Source: Coleofasciculus sp. B1-GNL1-01
GTDB taxonomy: Bacteria > Cyanobacteriota > Cyanobacteriia > Cyanobacteriales > Coleofasciculaceae
Direction: 5' to 3' (one strand)
DNA length: 64,000 bases
NCBI GenBank assembly: GCA_040220235.1
Contig: JAVJTO010000135.1
Under the pieces are notes generated by a model. It saw only the letters and a list, made by a program, of their open reading frames with translations, was not told the origin of the DNA and did not search any database. How positions within the stretch are numbered: position 1 is the stretch's first letter; the number at the start of each line of letters is the position of its first letter. Shown here in pieces: positions 18,634 through 28,508 of the stretch. Position numbers and translations under genes: made by a program.

Positions 18634-19770
18634 TTAACCGTACCACAGGGTTTCTATTTTTTGTGCGATCGCCTGGGGGTTCTTCCCTGAACTAGAATCC
18701 AGGAGAACGGTGACATGACCGAGTTTGCGCCCTGGGCGCGATTGTTTTTTCCTATACCAATGCACATAAGTTTGTGGCTGACTGGCGAGTTTTTGCCGTT
18801 TTTCAAGGTAATCATTTTGGGAATATTCGTAACCCAATAGATTAACCATGACGGCTCCTTTACACTTAAGTGTTGGTTTTGTCAAGGATAATCCGGCAAC
18901 TGCCCGTAAATGCATTTCAAACTGCGAAGTTTCACAAGCATCGAGACTAAAATGTCCAGAATTGTGGGTACGAGGGGAGACTTCGTTGACATATAGCCGA
19001 TTATTGGCGGTGAGAAAGAGTTCAATCCCAAACACGCCCACAGCTTGTAGACTATTGAGTAAGGTACGTGCGATCGCGTTAATCTCTTGTTCTGTCTCTG
19101 GACTAATCGGGGCGGGAATAATCACCCGACGGCACACTTGATTTTCCTGCTGGGTTTCGACAACCGGGTAAACTACTACCTCACCGCTTACAGAACGAGC
19201 CGCGATGACAGCTAATTCTCGTTCAAAGGGTATAAATTCCTCGACGAGTAGAGGTGTATCGGCAACTTTTTGCCAGAGTTCCTGGAAACTCTCTCTATCC
19301 TTAAAAATAAACGTGCCTTGACCATCATAGCCGTGGCGTCGCGCTTTGAGAACCAGGGGAAATGTCAGTGTATCAGGGTTGAGGGGTGTCTCTAGTAAGT
19401 TAAAAGCAGGTTGGGGTAAGCCAATGTCACATAAATAGCAACGTTGGTGATATTTATCGAGTAGGGGGGCTAAGGCGTCTAGGCGGGGGCGAAAACAGAC
19501 ACCTTGGTTTGCCAAGGGAAACAACGCATCCAAATTAATAAATTCATTCTCAAATGTGATCACATCACAATGGGCAGCTAACTTTGCAGTTGCGGCGGCA
19601 TCATCAATCGGGGCAAAGATGGTATCGGAGGCAACACTAACGGCTGGATCAGTAGGCTGGGGTGTTTGAATCACCAAATCCAAACCCAATGATTTAGCCC
19701 CACCTCCCATCATCCAAGCCAGTTGTCCACCACCGATTACCCCTACTCGTTTCACAGTCTTAGCCATCAA
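18634..19770 (-). CDS. purK: N5-carboxyaminoimidazole ribonucleotide synthase
   Basis: GGGQLAWM, TFENE, GYDGQG, PRTHNSGH, RPGRKLGH. Confidence 0.97.
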   Translation of the reverse strand: MMAKTVKRVGVIGGGQLAWMMGGGAKSLGLDLVIQTPQPTDPAVSVASDTIFAPIDDAAATAKLAAHCDVITFENEFINLDALFPLANQGVCFRPRLDALAPLLDKYHQRCYLCDIGLPQPAFNLLETPLNPDTLTFPLVLKARRHGYDGQGTFIFKDRESFQELWQKVADTPLLVEEFIPFERELAVIAARSVSGEVVVYPVVETQQENQVCRRVIIPAPISPETEQEINAIARTLLNSLQAVGVFGIELFLTANNRLYVNEVSPRTHNSGHFSLDACETSQFEMHLRAVAGLSLTKPTLKCKGAVMVNLLGYEYSQNDYLEKRQKLASQPQTYVHWYRKKQSRPGRKLGHVTVLLDSSSGKNPQAIAQKIETLWYG

Positions 19771-19998
19771 TAGGTTTGAGTCACTCGTTTGCCATGGTAG
19801 CGGATTTTGGTGTCAACGTTTTAGGACTTAGGCGCAGATCCTGCTTAGGGTAGCAGGGCTAATTCATTGAAGGAAAGCTGTATGTATGAATTCAACCAAG
19901 CCAAATTAGTAAATGATTAAGCCGCAAGTTATTAAGTGCTTTATTATAGTCAAACCCATCCCGACTATCCGAAAAACTGAAAACTCTAATCACCAACC

Positions 19999-20823
19999 AT
20001 GAGCCAACCCACACCCGATCAACTGCAAATCTTCCTTGATATCGCCACAGAAGCCGCCATGGCAGCCGGGGCAATCTTGCAAACCTACTGGGGTAAACTA
20101 GATGTCGTAGAAGAGAAAGGGCGTCCAGGTGATTTAGTCACCGTTGCAGATAAAGAAGCAGAAGCCGTCATTTTAAAAGTCTTAAGGCGTCATGTCCCCC
20201 ATCATGCTATTTTGGCAGAAGAATCGGGTCAAGGGGGAGATCAACAGAGTAAATACCGGTGGGCAATTGATCCCCTCGACGGCACCACCAATTATGCTCA
20301 TCAATACCCCATTGCCTCTACATCAGTGGGATTACTCATTGACGAAATCCCGCAAGTGGGAGTCATCTATAATCCCTTTCGCCATGAACTCTTTCGCGCC
20401 GCTAAGGGATTAGGGGCGACTTGCAACCGCCGTCCCATTCACGTCTCTAACACATCGACTTTCCATCAAAGCTTACTGGTAACTGGCTTTGCCTATGACC
20501 GTCGCGAAACCCCAGATAATAACTATGCCGAGTTTTGTCACCTAACTCACCTCACCCAAGGCGTTCGCCGCAGTGGTTCAGCCTCACTGGATTTGGCAGA
20601 TGTGGCTTGTGGACGCTTAGATGGTTATTGGGAACGGGGAATTTCGCCCTGGGATATTACGGCTGGTGTAGTATTAGTGCAAGAGGCAGGTGGCACAGTC
20701 ACCGCTTATGATGGTAGCCCTCTCGTCCTAAAATCGGGACGAATTCTCGCCACCAATGGTCAAATTCATGACCAACTCAGCCAGGAACTTTTACAGACAC
20801 CACCCCTGTCCAGTTGGAATTGA
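19999..20823 (+). CDS. suhB: Inositol monophosphatase family protein
   Basis: WAIDPLDGTTNY, PWDITAG. Confidence 0.92.
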   Translation: MSQPTPDQLQIFLDIATEAAMAAGAILQTYWGKLDVVEEKGRPGDLVTVADKEAEAVILKVLRRHVPHHAILAEESGQGGDQQSKYRWAIDPLDGTTNYAHQYPIASTSVGLLIDEIPQVGVIYNPFRHELFRAAKGLGATCNRRPIHVSNTSTFHQSLLVTGFAYDRRETPDNNYAEFCHLTHLTQGVRRSGSASLDLADVACGRLDGYWERGISPWDITAGVVLVQEAGGTVTAYDGSPLVLKSGRILATNGQIHDQLSQELLQTPPLSSWN

Positions 20824-20828
20824 GATCG

Positions 20829-20975
20829 TCATTTGTCATTCGTCTTATGTCATTCGTCTTATGTCATTTGTCATACTCAAGGGAGCGAGAAGTAAGCTAC
20901 GTCATTTACTTTCCCATCTTCCCTATCTCCCCCTGCTTCCCCTGCTTCCCCTGCTTCCCCTGCTCCCTCAGCTGC
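20829..20975. repeat. STRR tandem repeats (TCATTTG heptamers, CCCCTGCTT nonamers)
   Basis: Directly visible tandem arrays; similar arrays at 27421-27450, 30795-30845 and 50762-50800. Confidence 0.85.
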
Positions 20976-21115
20976 CCTTAACCGAACAGTCTTGAGATGC
21001 ACCCGATCTTAGGAACTGTATTTTCTACAATAGCTATGAGGATGTCAAGGGGGTCTCTCATCTCTAAGACAGACTATAAAACTATTCTTTCGTCACAGCA
21101 ATTGGACAGCACCCT

Positions 21116-22069
21116 ATGGCTTTTGAAATTGAACGCGGACTTTTTAAGTATGATTTCACGGATTATCATGCCATTCTAGGCGTTCCCGTCGATGCGGATG
21201 AGAAGACAGTCCGGAAGCAGTATCTCAAAGTAACTCGCCGTCTCCACCCTGACAGCAGCAAATTCAAAACAGATGAGGAAAAACAGCAAGCCAATGAACT
21301 GTTAACCAAACTCGTCAATCCTGCCAAGGAACAACTGTTTCGCGGCAGTCGCGACTATAAGATTAGTTTAGGACACATGGGCAAGCGTTTAGCCGCAGAA
21401 GGAGGAAAAATTTCTATTTATAGTGATGTGGCTAAACAATTGGCAAAAGCTGGTGCAAATGCCGATTCTGTTTATCGAAACTCCTTGAAATCGCTAGCCT
21501 CTAAGCAATACGAATCTCTTGATCGAGTTACGGACGTTACTGGCGAAATCAGTGAACTCAACTTAGTTTACTTGATGCTGAAAGGAAAAACCTCCAAATC
21601 CGGCATCGGCAAAACCTCTCCAGGAACAGCAGTTTCCAAAACAGCAGGACCGGGTAAGGCGGTTAAGAAAACCCAAGCTGGTGCCGCTACCAATGATGCC
21701 TCAACCAAGGGAGGTGGAACTCAAGAAGGCTCAAAAGTTGCTGCTTATATCAGCCGTGCCGACAGCTACATGCAGAAAAACAATTTTGCGGGTGCTGTTT
21801 TAGAATTACGAGAAGCCCTCAAATTAGAGCAAACCAATAGCAAATGTCATGGCTTATTAGGGTTAGCTTATTTAAAGCAAAATCAAGTGTCCATGGCTAA
21901 GGTACACATTAATAAAGCCTTGCAATTAAATCCGCAGGAAGAGAACGCCTTGAAAGGGAAACAATATATCGACAAATTAACCCAGAAATCGGGTTCAGGC
22001 AAAAAGTCGAAAGAGCAATCGGGTGGCGGAGGTTTATTTGGAGGATTGTTTGGCGGCAAGAAAAAGTAA
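21116..22069 (+). CDS. J-domain (DnaJ-like) protein with C-terminal TPR
   Basis: DYHAILGV...LHPD; TPR at the C-terminus. Confidence 0.9.
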   Translation: MAFEIERGLFKYDFTDYHAILGVPVDADEKTVRKQYLKVTRRLHPDSSKFKTDEEKQQANELLTKLVNPAKEQLFRGSRDYKISLGHMGKRLAAEGGKISIYSDVAKQLAKAGANADSVYRNSLKSLASKQYESLDRVTDVTGEISELNLVYLMLKGKTSKSGIGKTSPGTAVSKTAGPGKAVKKTQAGAATNDASTKGGGTQEGSKVAAYISRADSYMQKNNFAGAVLELREALKLEQTNSKCHGLLGLAYLKQNQVSMAKVHINKALQLNPQEENALKGKQYIDKLTQKSGSGKKSKEQSGGGGLFGGLFGGKKK

Positions 22070-22326
22070 GGGAATCAGGGACAAAGGGTCAACTGCTGCG
22101 TCCCCTTGTGGGCGCAGCTTGTAACTAATGTATAGCATCACCTTGCTCAGGGAAAATGTACCCTTGCTTCCCCAGTTCCCCCAGCTTCCCCCGCTCCCCC
22201 TCACCACAACACTTATTCAGCAGCCCCTAAGTATTCAACCGGACATGAGATAACTTGCAAAAAGGATCGTTGGCGGTAGATGATAGGAGAGGAATCCACC
22301 CTGTAGGTGGTTAGCAGAATGAATGA

Positions 22327-23292
22327 ATGAATAATCTAGAGTTTTACGATTATAAGCCGCACCTAAGCAGCTTACGTGAGGAGATATTCAAGGGTTTGAC
22401 TCAACCCCAAAAAGCGATCGCGCCCAAGTTCTTTTATGATAAACGGGGTTCGGAACTGTTTGATCAGATCTGTGAGGTGGAGGAATACTATCCCACCCGT
22501 ACAGAAATTTATCTGTTAAAAACCTATTGCGCTGACATTGCCCAACTCGTAGGTCAAGATTGCTTACTGATCGAGTATGGTAGTGGTAATAGTACCAAAG
22601 TCCGCTTACTGTTAGATGCCTTGCCGCACCTAGCTGGGTATATGCCCATTGATATCTCTCAAGAACACATGCTGCAAGCGTCAGCAGAACTAGCACAATG
22701 TTATCCTGACTTGGATGTGATCGCCGTTTGTGCAGATTATACCCAAGATTTTCAACTGCCACCCTACAGCAAAAAACCTGTTAATCACAAGCTAATTTTC
22801 TTTCCGGGTTCCACGATTGGCAATCTCGATCCCCAAGAAGCCATCCATCTTCTGAAACAGTCGTGTCGTCTTTTGGATAAAGGTGATGCCATGTTAATTG
22901 GTGTCGATTTGAAAAAAGACCCAGCTATTTTAAATGCTGCCTATAATGATGCCCAGGGAGTCACTGCGGAATTTAATCTCAACCTGCTAGAGCGGATTAA
23001 TCAGGAGTTAAACGCTAATTTTGATTTATCCCACTTTCGCCACTGGGCTTTTTATAATCCAGATAAAAGCCGCATTGAGATGCACTTAGTCAGTCTCAAG
23101 GAACAAAGCGTCGTTATCGATAACACACCGTTCCACTTTCGTCAAGATGAAACGATTCACACCGAAAATTCATATAAATACAGCATTGAAGAGTTCCAGG
23201 ATATGGCAAATTATGCTGGATTCGATGCTCAACAGGTATGGACAGATGCTGATCATCTCTTCAGTCTCCACTACCTAACGATTAGCCATTAG
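22327..23292 (+). CDS. egtD: L-histidine N-alpha-methyltransferase
   Basis: PKFFYDKRGSELF, EYYPTRTE, PGSTIGN, TENSYKY. Confidence 0.93.
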   Translation: MNNLEFYDYKPHLSSLREEIFKGLTQPQKAIAPKFFYDKRGSELFDQICEVEEYYPTRTEIYLLKTYCADIAQLVGQDCLLIEYGSGNSTKVRLLLDALPHLAGYMPIDISQEHMLQASAELAQCYPDLDVIAVCADYTQDFQLPPYSKKPVNHKLIFFPGSTIGNLDPQEAIHLLKQSCRLLDKGDAMLIGVDLKKDPAILNAAYNDAQGVTAEFNLNLLERINQELNANFDLSHFRHWAFYNPDKSRIEMHLVSLKEQSVVIDNTPFHFRQDETIHTENSYKYSIEEFQDMANYAGFDAQQVWTDADHLFSLHYLTISH

Positions 23293-23411
23293 AAATTTTA
23301 ATTCCCGGTTCCCTAGAAGGGCGGGTTTAGTCAAATTATCGGTTTATGGCAAAATGTGAGCGGTAAAACCCGCCCCTACATCCCTGTTCCCTATTCCCTG
23401 TTCCCTGAAAA

Positions 23412-24800
23412 ATGGCAAAAGCTGACAAAATAAACTTTTCTTGTCCGAGTGGTTTTCCCGAATTTCTCCCCGGCGAAAAGCGTCTGGAGATGTATTTAAT
23501 CGATACCATCCGCCAAGTTTTTGAGCGGTATGGATTCACACCCATCGAAACTCCAGCCGTTGAGCGATTAGAAGTCCTGCAAGCCAAAGGAAATCAAGGG
23601 GATAATATTATTTACGGGTTGCAACCAATTTTGCCGCCCAATCGCCAAGCTGAAAAAGAACAGGCGGGAGAAAGTGGTTCAGAAGAGAGAGCATTAAAGT
23701 TTGATCAGACGGTTCCCTTAGCAGCTTATATTGCCCGCCACCTGAATGAACTTCAGTTCCCCTTTGCTCGTTATCAGATAGATGTGGTATTTCGGGGAGA
23801 ACGGGCAAAAGCCGGACGCTATCGCCAATTTCGCCAATGTGATATTGATGTAGTGGGTCGGAATAAGCTGAGTTTACTCTATGATGCTCAAATTCCAGCG
23901 ATTATTGCCGAAATTTTTACGGCGATTAATATAGGAGACTTTTTGATCCGCATCAACAATCGCAAAGTTCTCAGTGGATTTTTTGAGTCGATTGGTTTAG
24001 ACGAGAGCAAAATTATGCCCTCTATCCGGATTGTAGATGCAGCCGAGAAAATTGGCGAATCAAAGGTGAAAAAAGCGCTCTTGTCTGAAGGGTTATCCGA
24101 TGAACAAGTCGAGCAAATTCTGACCTTCACCAAGATTCAGGGTTCGGTAGATGAGGTGTTGGCACAATTAAACGCCATGCTTGAGGATAAACCAGACGCT
24201 CAGGTATTGAAAACGGGCATTGCTGAACTAGAAACGGTGATTACCGGAGTGCGGAATTTGGGGGTGAGCGATCGCGTATTTTGCATTGACCTCTCCATTG
24301 CCCGTGGATTAGATTATTACACGGGAACAGTGTATGAAACAACACTGGTTGGTCACGAAGCCTTGGGCAGTATTTGTTCCGGGGGACGGTATGAAGAACT
24401 CGTGGGCATGTTTGTTGGGGATAAAATGCCAGGAGTAGGCATTTCCATCGGCTTAACTCGATTGATGAGTCGGTTGATTCAAGCCGGGATTCTGGAGTCG
24501 TTCTCGTCTACACCCGCCCAAGTGATGGTGGTGAATATGCAAAGTGACCTGATGCCTTTATATTTAGAGGTATCTCAGAAACTGCGTCAGGCGGGAATTA
24601 GTACAATAACCAGTTTTGACGAGCGTTCTGTAGGCAAACAGTTACAGCAAGCTGATAAACGGGGAATTCCCTTTTGTGTCATTATTGGCTCGGAAGAAGC
24701 TGCTGCTCAAAAATGCGGTTTGAAAAACCTGAGAACCGGGGAGCAAATTGCTGTCAATATAGAGCAACTCGCTGATGAGGTTACCAAACAATTAGCCTGA
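23412..24800 (+). CDS. hisS: Histidyl-tRNA synthetase
   Basis: GRYRQFRQCDID, RGLDYYTG, SGGRY. Confidence 0.96.
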   Translation: MAKADKINFSCPSGFPEFLPGEKRLEMYLIDTIRQVFERYGFTPIETPAVERLEVLQAKGNQGDNIIYGLQPILPPNRQAEKEQAGESGSEERALKFDQTVPLAAYIARHLNELQFPFARYQIDVVFRGERAKAGRYRQFRQCDIDVVGRNKLSLLYDAQIPAIIAEIFTAINIGDFLIRINNRKVLSGFFESIGLDESKIMPSIRIVDAAEKIGESKVKKALLSEGLSDEQVEQILTFTKIQGSVDEVLAQLNAMLEDKPDAQVLKTGIAELETVITGVRNLGVSDRVFCIDLSIARGLDYYTGTVYETTLVGHEALGSICSGGRYEELVGMFVGDKMPGVGISIGLTRLMSRLIQAGILESFSSTPAQVMVVNMQSDLMPLYLEVSQKLRQAGISTITSFDERSVGKQLQQADKRGIPFCVIIGSEEAAAQKCGLKNLRTGEQIAVNIEQLADEVTKQLA

Positions 24801-24808
24801 GCATTCCT

Positions 24809-24836
24809 GTAGAGACGCGCCATGGCGTGTCTCTAC
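24809..24836. repeat. GTAG-type REP palindrome
   Basis: GTAGAGACGCGCCATGGCGTGTCTCTAC; relatives near 5836, 8723, 15227, 23317, 33139, 49343, 58983 and 60373. Confidence 0.85.
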
Positions 24837-24951
24837 AAAAGGAATAATTTTGTAGCATAAGTTACAGACAATTGGCTAATCATCCGCATTAGGTGTGATT
24901 ACTGGATTTCTGTTGCTAGCGATCGCGCATTTCAGAAAAAGGAACCATGAA

Positions 24952-25488
24952 CTACACTGCCACCAAAGCGTCTTGATAACGGTTATGGAGTAGACTGACA
25001 TGAACTTGACTAAGAGCATACCAGGTTTGCTCACTGACCACGCCATCTTCCACTAAGCCATGATGGTTTTGGAATGATCGCACAGCGCGTTCTGTTTGTT
25101 CGCCAAAGTGACCATCAATTGGCGCAGCATAATCCTGAGTCAGATGCAGCACCCACTGTAAAGGAATCACCATATCATGTCGGCTACCTCGGTTTAGTAC
25201 AGGCATATTAACGGGAGTACCCTGATAAAGGGCTTGCCACGTCAGGGAATCAACAATACCATCTGCTTTGAGGAACATACTTTGCTGAAATTCCATCACA
25301 GCATCATGGACAGAGCAATCAAAATACCCCCCCATTGGACCCGTGTAGGTACCGCACTGAGCCAAAAGCTTTTGCAGTTCTAAAACCTCGGCTCCCACCG
25401 AACCCAGTTGCAGTATAGGTTTACGAACCGACGATTTAGCTGTGAGTCTAACCTTGGATGTTGTTTCTGGATTAAAAAGCGCTTGCAT
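24952..25488 (-). CDS. Peptidoglycan-binding domain protein (2x PG_binding_1)
   Basis: LQLGSVGAEVLELQKLL...FQ...DGIV repeated twice. Confidence 0.88.
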   Translation of the reverse strand: MQALFNPETTSKVRLTAKSSVRKPILQLGSVGAEVLELQKLLAQCGTYTGPMGGYFDCSVHDAVMEFQQSMFLKADGIVDSLTWQALYQGTPVNMPVLNRGSRHDMVIPLQWVLHLTQDYAAPIDGHFGEQTERAVRSFQNHHGLVEDGVVSEQTWYALSQVHVSLLHNRYQDALVAV

Positions 25489-25883
25489 AATACAGAGCGT
25501 GACATTAAATTTAAGAGATTGTTGATGGCGGAGAACTTACCCTGACTAACCTAATCAGCCCAAAGAAAGGTCTTGTCAATCATCCGATTGGGTGAATTGG
25601 GTTCAAGGATGTAGTCTCTCTCAACTTAATCCTACAGTAGGTTCATCGGAAAGGAAATCACGCAAAAGCGATCGCGCCTGAGTGGGACGGTTCAAGAGTG
25701 CGATCGCTTAATTCAATTTAACGGATTTTATCTCAACCTGTGGAAACCCGCGCAGGCGGGTTTCGTTTGTGTAGCTGCGGTTTCAACTGAAGTTCCCCCA
25801 GCCAAAAAATCAAAACTGCCTCACCGTGCAGTGTACAGCACTTTCTAACACGGTGTAGTACAGGAAGATGAGATAGTGCTTTT

Positions 25884-26069
25884 CTACTCTTGGACAGGGT
25901 GTATCACATCGAGTCTGAAAACGCTGTAAGCATTGAGCAGCCCACCTGAAACGGTTATTCCTTGTAATGCTGGAATTGGGTCAACGGTTGTCAGGATACG
26001 ATTCTTGACCTACTGAGCGGTTAATGTTGGGTCTTGAGACCAAATCACACTGGCAACACCTGCTACGTA
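25884..26069 (-). pseudogene. C-terminal remnant of a subtilisin (S8) peptidase
   Basis: YVAGVASVIWSQDPTLTAQ*VKNRILTTVDPIPALQGITVSGGLLNAY, with an internal stop and no start. Confidence 0.7.
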
Positions 26070-26486
26070 TTGTCACTACTATCATTTCCTGCTGAGGCAA
26101 CAAATAAGTAAATCGCCCTCAAACCCTTACTGTTCCATGTTTCCCGTTAAGAGTTTCCTAATATCTCAACCGTTAACTTTAAGTGTGTCCATCTACTTAT
26201 CATCATTAGCCAAATCTATGTAAAGCTTTGTAACAAAAACTGACCTATTGCGTAAAAATTTCTCTCTCAGCCAGAGTGATCAGGTGAACGCCCGAATTTA
26301 GAGGTATCTATAACTACAGAGAAATAGTGATCTCCAATACAAACATAGATTAATTCTATGATTCATGAAGAGTCAAAACTGAGGCTTGCTTTGAAAAGTA
26401 TGAATAGTTAAGATAAAGGATTCTGCAAAAATGAAACCAATGAATGAAGAAATTAATAGGACGTATTTAAATCTGGAGATTAATAG

Positions 26487-27416
26487 ATGTCTAATATATC
26501 TCAAAAAACTGAGTTAATTAATTTAATTATTGAGGTCAATAAAACTGTCCCAGGAAGTATAGAGCGAAGGCAAAAGGTAACCAAACTGGTTGATCGAATC
26601 CTGCGATCGCGCCCAATATGCCGTCCACTTAAAGACCAACCCCTATCCAGTGCTTGTCAAGACATTTACCAAGCCGCACGCCAGCAACTTTTGGTTACTC
26701 TGTCCTCGGATATTGACCGCTACAATCCTGAAAATGAATCTTTAAGAGAATGGGCAAATCTACGGATGCGGGAAGCCTTTCAAGACATACTCACTGACAA
26801 CCGTCTGAAACTGCTAGCCCTAGAAGCGAAACAGCATCCAGCCCAGACGCAGCAACGCCAATATCTCTTAACTGAACTCATTAATGCAATTCAACTCTCC
26901 CGGAGACTGATCCATCCCCGCCGAGGTGAACTTTCTCGTGATTTTTATAACTTAATTTATGATGATGCCGTAAATCGAACATTGCTTTATGTTTTCCAAA
27001 AAATTGACTTATATGACCCAGAACGAGGAAATGGAGTATTTATGAATTGGGTTAACTTTAGACTGGATAGAACATTAAGAGACATCCGAGCCTCTTACCA
27101 GATTACCCAAGATAAACCAATTGCTATCGAGGAAATAGAGACTATAGGCGAAACTAAAGATGTTCCCACGACATTTGAAATAATCATGCACTATATAGAA
27201 CGTGATCCCGATAAAATTTTTCAACAGGAGGTGATCAAGAAAAATCCTAACGCCAGCTTCCAAGCCATATTTTTAGCGAAACGCATTCAGGGGAAAAGCT
27301 GGAAAGAGATTTCTGAAGAGTTGGGAATTCCCGTGACAACCTTGAGTAGTTTCTATTGGCGTTGTATTCAACGGTTTGCCCCAAGGATTAAACAGTATGT
27401 CCAAGACTGTGCCTAA
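26487..27416 (+). CDS. Sigma-70-family-like factor (filamentous cyanobacterial type)
   Basis: IDLYDPERG...FMNWVNFRL (region 2-like) and C-terminal HTH GKSWKEISEELGIPVTTLSSFY. Confidence 0.8.
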   Translation: MSNISQKTELINLIIEVNKTVPGSIERRQKVTKLVDRILRSRPICRPLKDQPLSSACQDIYQAARQQLLVTLSSDIDRYNPENESLREWANLRMREAFQDILTDNRLKLLALEAKQHPAQTQQRQYLLTELINAIQLSRRLIHPRRGELSRDFYNLIYDDAVNRTLLYVFQKIDLYDPERGNGVFMNWVNFRLDRTLRDIRASYQITQDKPIAIEEIETIGETKDVPTTFEIIMHYIERDPDKIFQQEVIKKNPNASFQAIFLAKRIQGKSWKEISEELGIPVTTLSSFYWRCIQRFAPRIKQYVQDCA

Positions 27417-27548
27417 GTTCGTCATTGGTCATTAGTCATTTGTCATTTGTAATGATTTGAGTACGATTTACAGAACGGGTGGAGTGTTCAGTTTATTTTC
27501 AACAACCCACTTATTAGATTACAGCGACACCGATAAACAGGAGAAAAC

Positions 27549-28484
27549 GTGATGATTCATATCAATAAAGCCTCGATGTCTAAAGTTAAGCTAGGTTGGC
27601 AAGCCCATCAAAACGCCAAACAGTTTCGTCAACATCAATCTACTCCCTTCAATTTTGTCAACGCGCAGCAGGTTTATCTGAATACCCTAGCCGTGTATGC
27701 AGTTAACGACTACCTCAAGCGCCAAGGAATAGAGACAGATTTAACTGGAAGTGATAGCTGGGACCCATTAATCCAGTCTTTAGCCAATATTGCCGACTTA
27801 AAGGTTAAACGGCACGAGCAATGGGTAAAACTTGAGTGTCGTCCTGTGTTCTCGGATACAAACTTTGTTTACATTCCAGCGGAAGTTTGGGAAGATAGGA
27901 TTGGTTATGTTGCCGTCGGGATGAATGAATCCCTCACCGAAGCAACATTACTGGGTTTTACTCAAACTGTGACTACGGAGGAGTTATCTCTTAACCAGTT
28001 CCAATCTTTGGATAATTTGCTCAAGTGTCTTCAACTCAAACGTGAACCTAAACCTCTGGTTCAGTTAAATCAATGGTTTGATAGTATTGTGGCAGAGGGT
28101 TGGCAAACTGTTGAAGCATTATTGGGTACACCAGACGTTAGTCTAGCCTTCAGAAGTGTCAATCCGGCGACGGTGAAGCGGGGGAAGATAATCCAACTGA
28201 AAGACCAAAGTCTAGCACTGATACTTGACCTGAATCAAGACAATGAACAAAATGTTCGCATCCGGGTTAAAGTTCGTTCTTTAACGAGTAACACCTCTTT
28301 ACCCGCAGGTATCAAGTTAATGGTACTGGATGAAACTGGAGAATCTTTTCAAGAAACTCAAGCCGGAAACGCTGACCATTCTATTCAAACTAAACCCTTT
28401 CAGTTTATTGATCAACCTGAGGAACAATTTACCGTTAAAGTGGTGCTGGGTGAGGAGAGCGTAACGGAGGATTTTATAATTTAA
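27549..28484 (+). CDS. DUF1822 family protein
   Basis: QVYLNTLAVYAVNDYL, LECRPV, EDRIGYVAV, LNQWF. Confidence 0.9.
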   Translation: MMIHINKASMSKVKLGWQAHQNAKQFRQHQSTPFNFVNAQQVYLNTLAVYAVNDYLKRQGIETDLTGSDSWDPLIQSLANIADLKVKRHEQWVKLECRPVFSDTNFVYIPAEVWEDRIGYVAVGMNESLTEATLLGFTQTVTTEELSLNQFQSLDNLLKCLQLKREPKPLVQLNQWFDSIVAEGWQTVEALLGTPDVSLAFRSVNPATVKRGKIIQLKDQSLALILDLNQDNEQNVRIRVKVRSLTSNTSLPAGIKLMVLDETGESFQETQAGNADHSIQTKPFQFIDQPEEQFTVKVVLGEESVTEDFII

Positions 28485-28508
28485 ACTGAGGAAAGCCAGA
28501 ACATAACT

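Noticed and set aside
22327..23292. Complete ergothioneine operon
   Set aside because: Only egtD is present; no egtB or egtC is adjacent.
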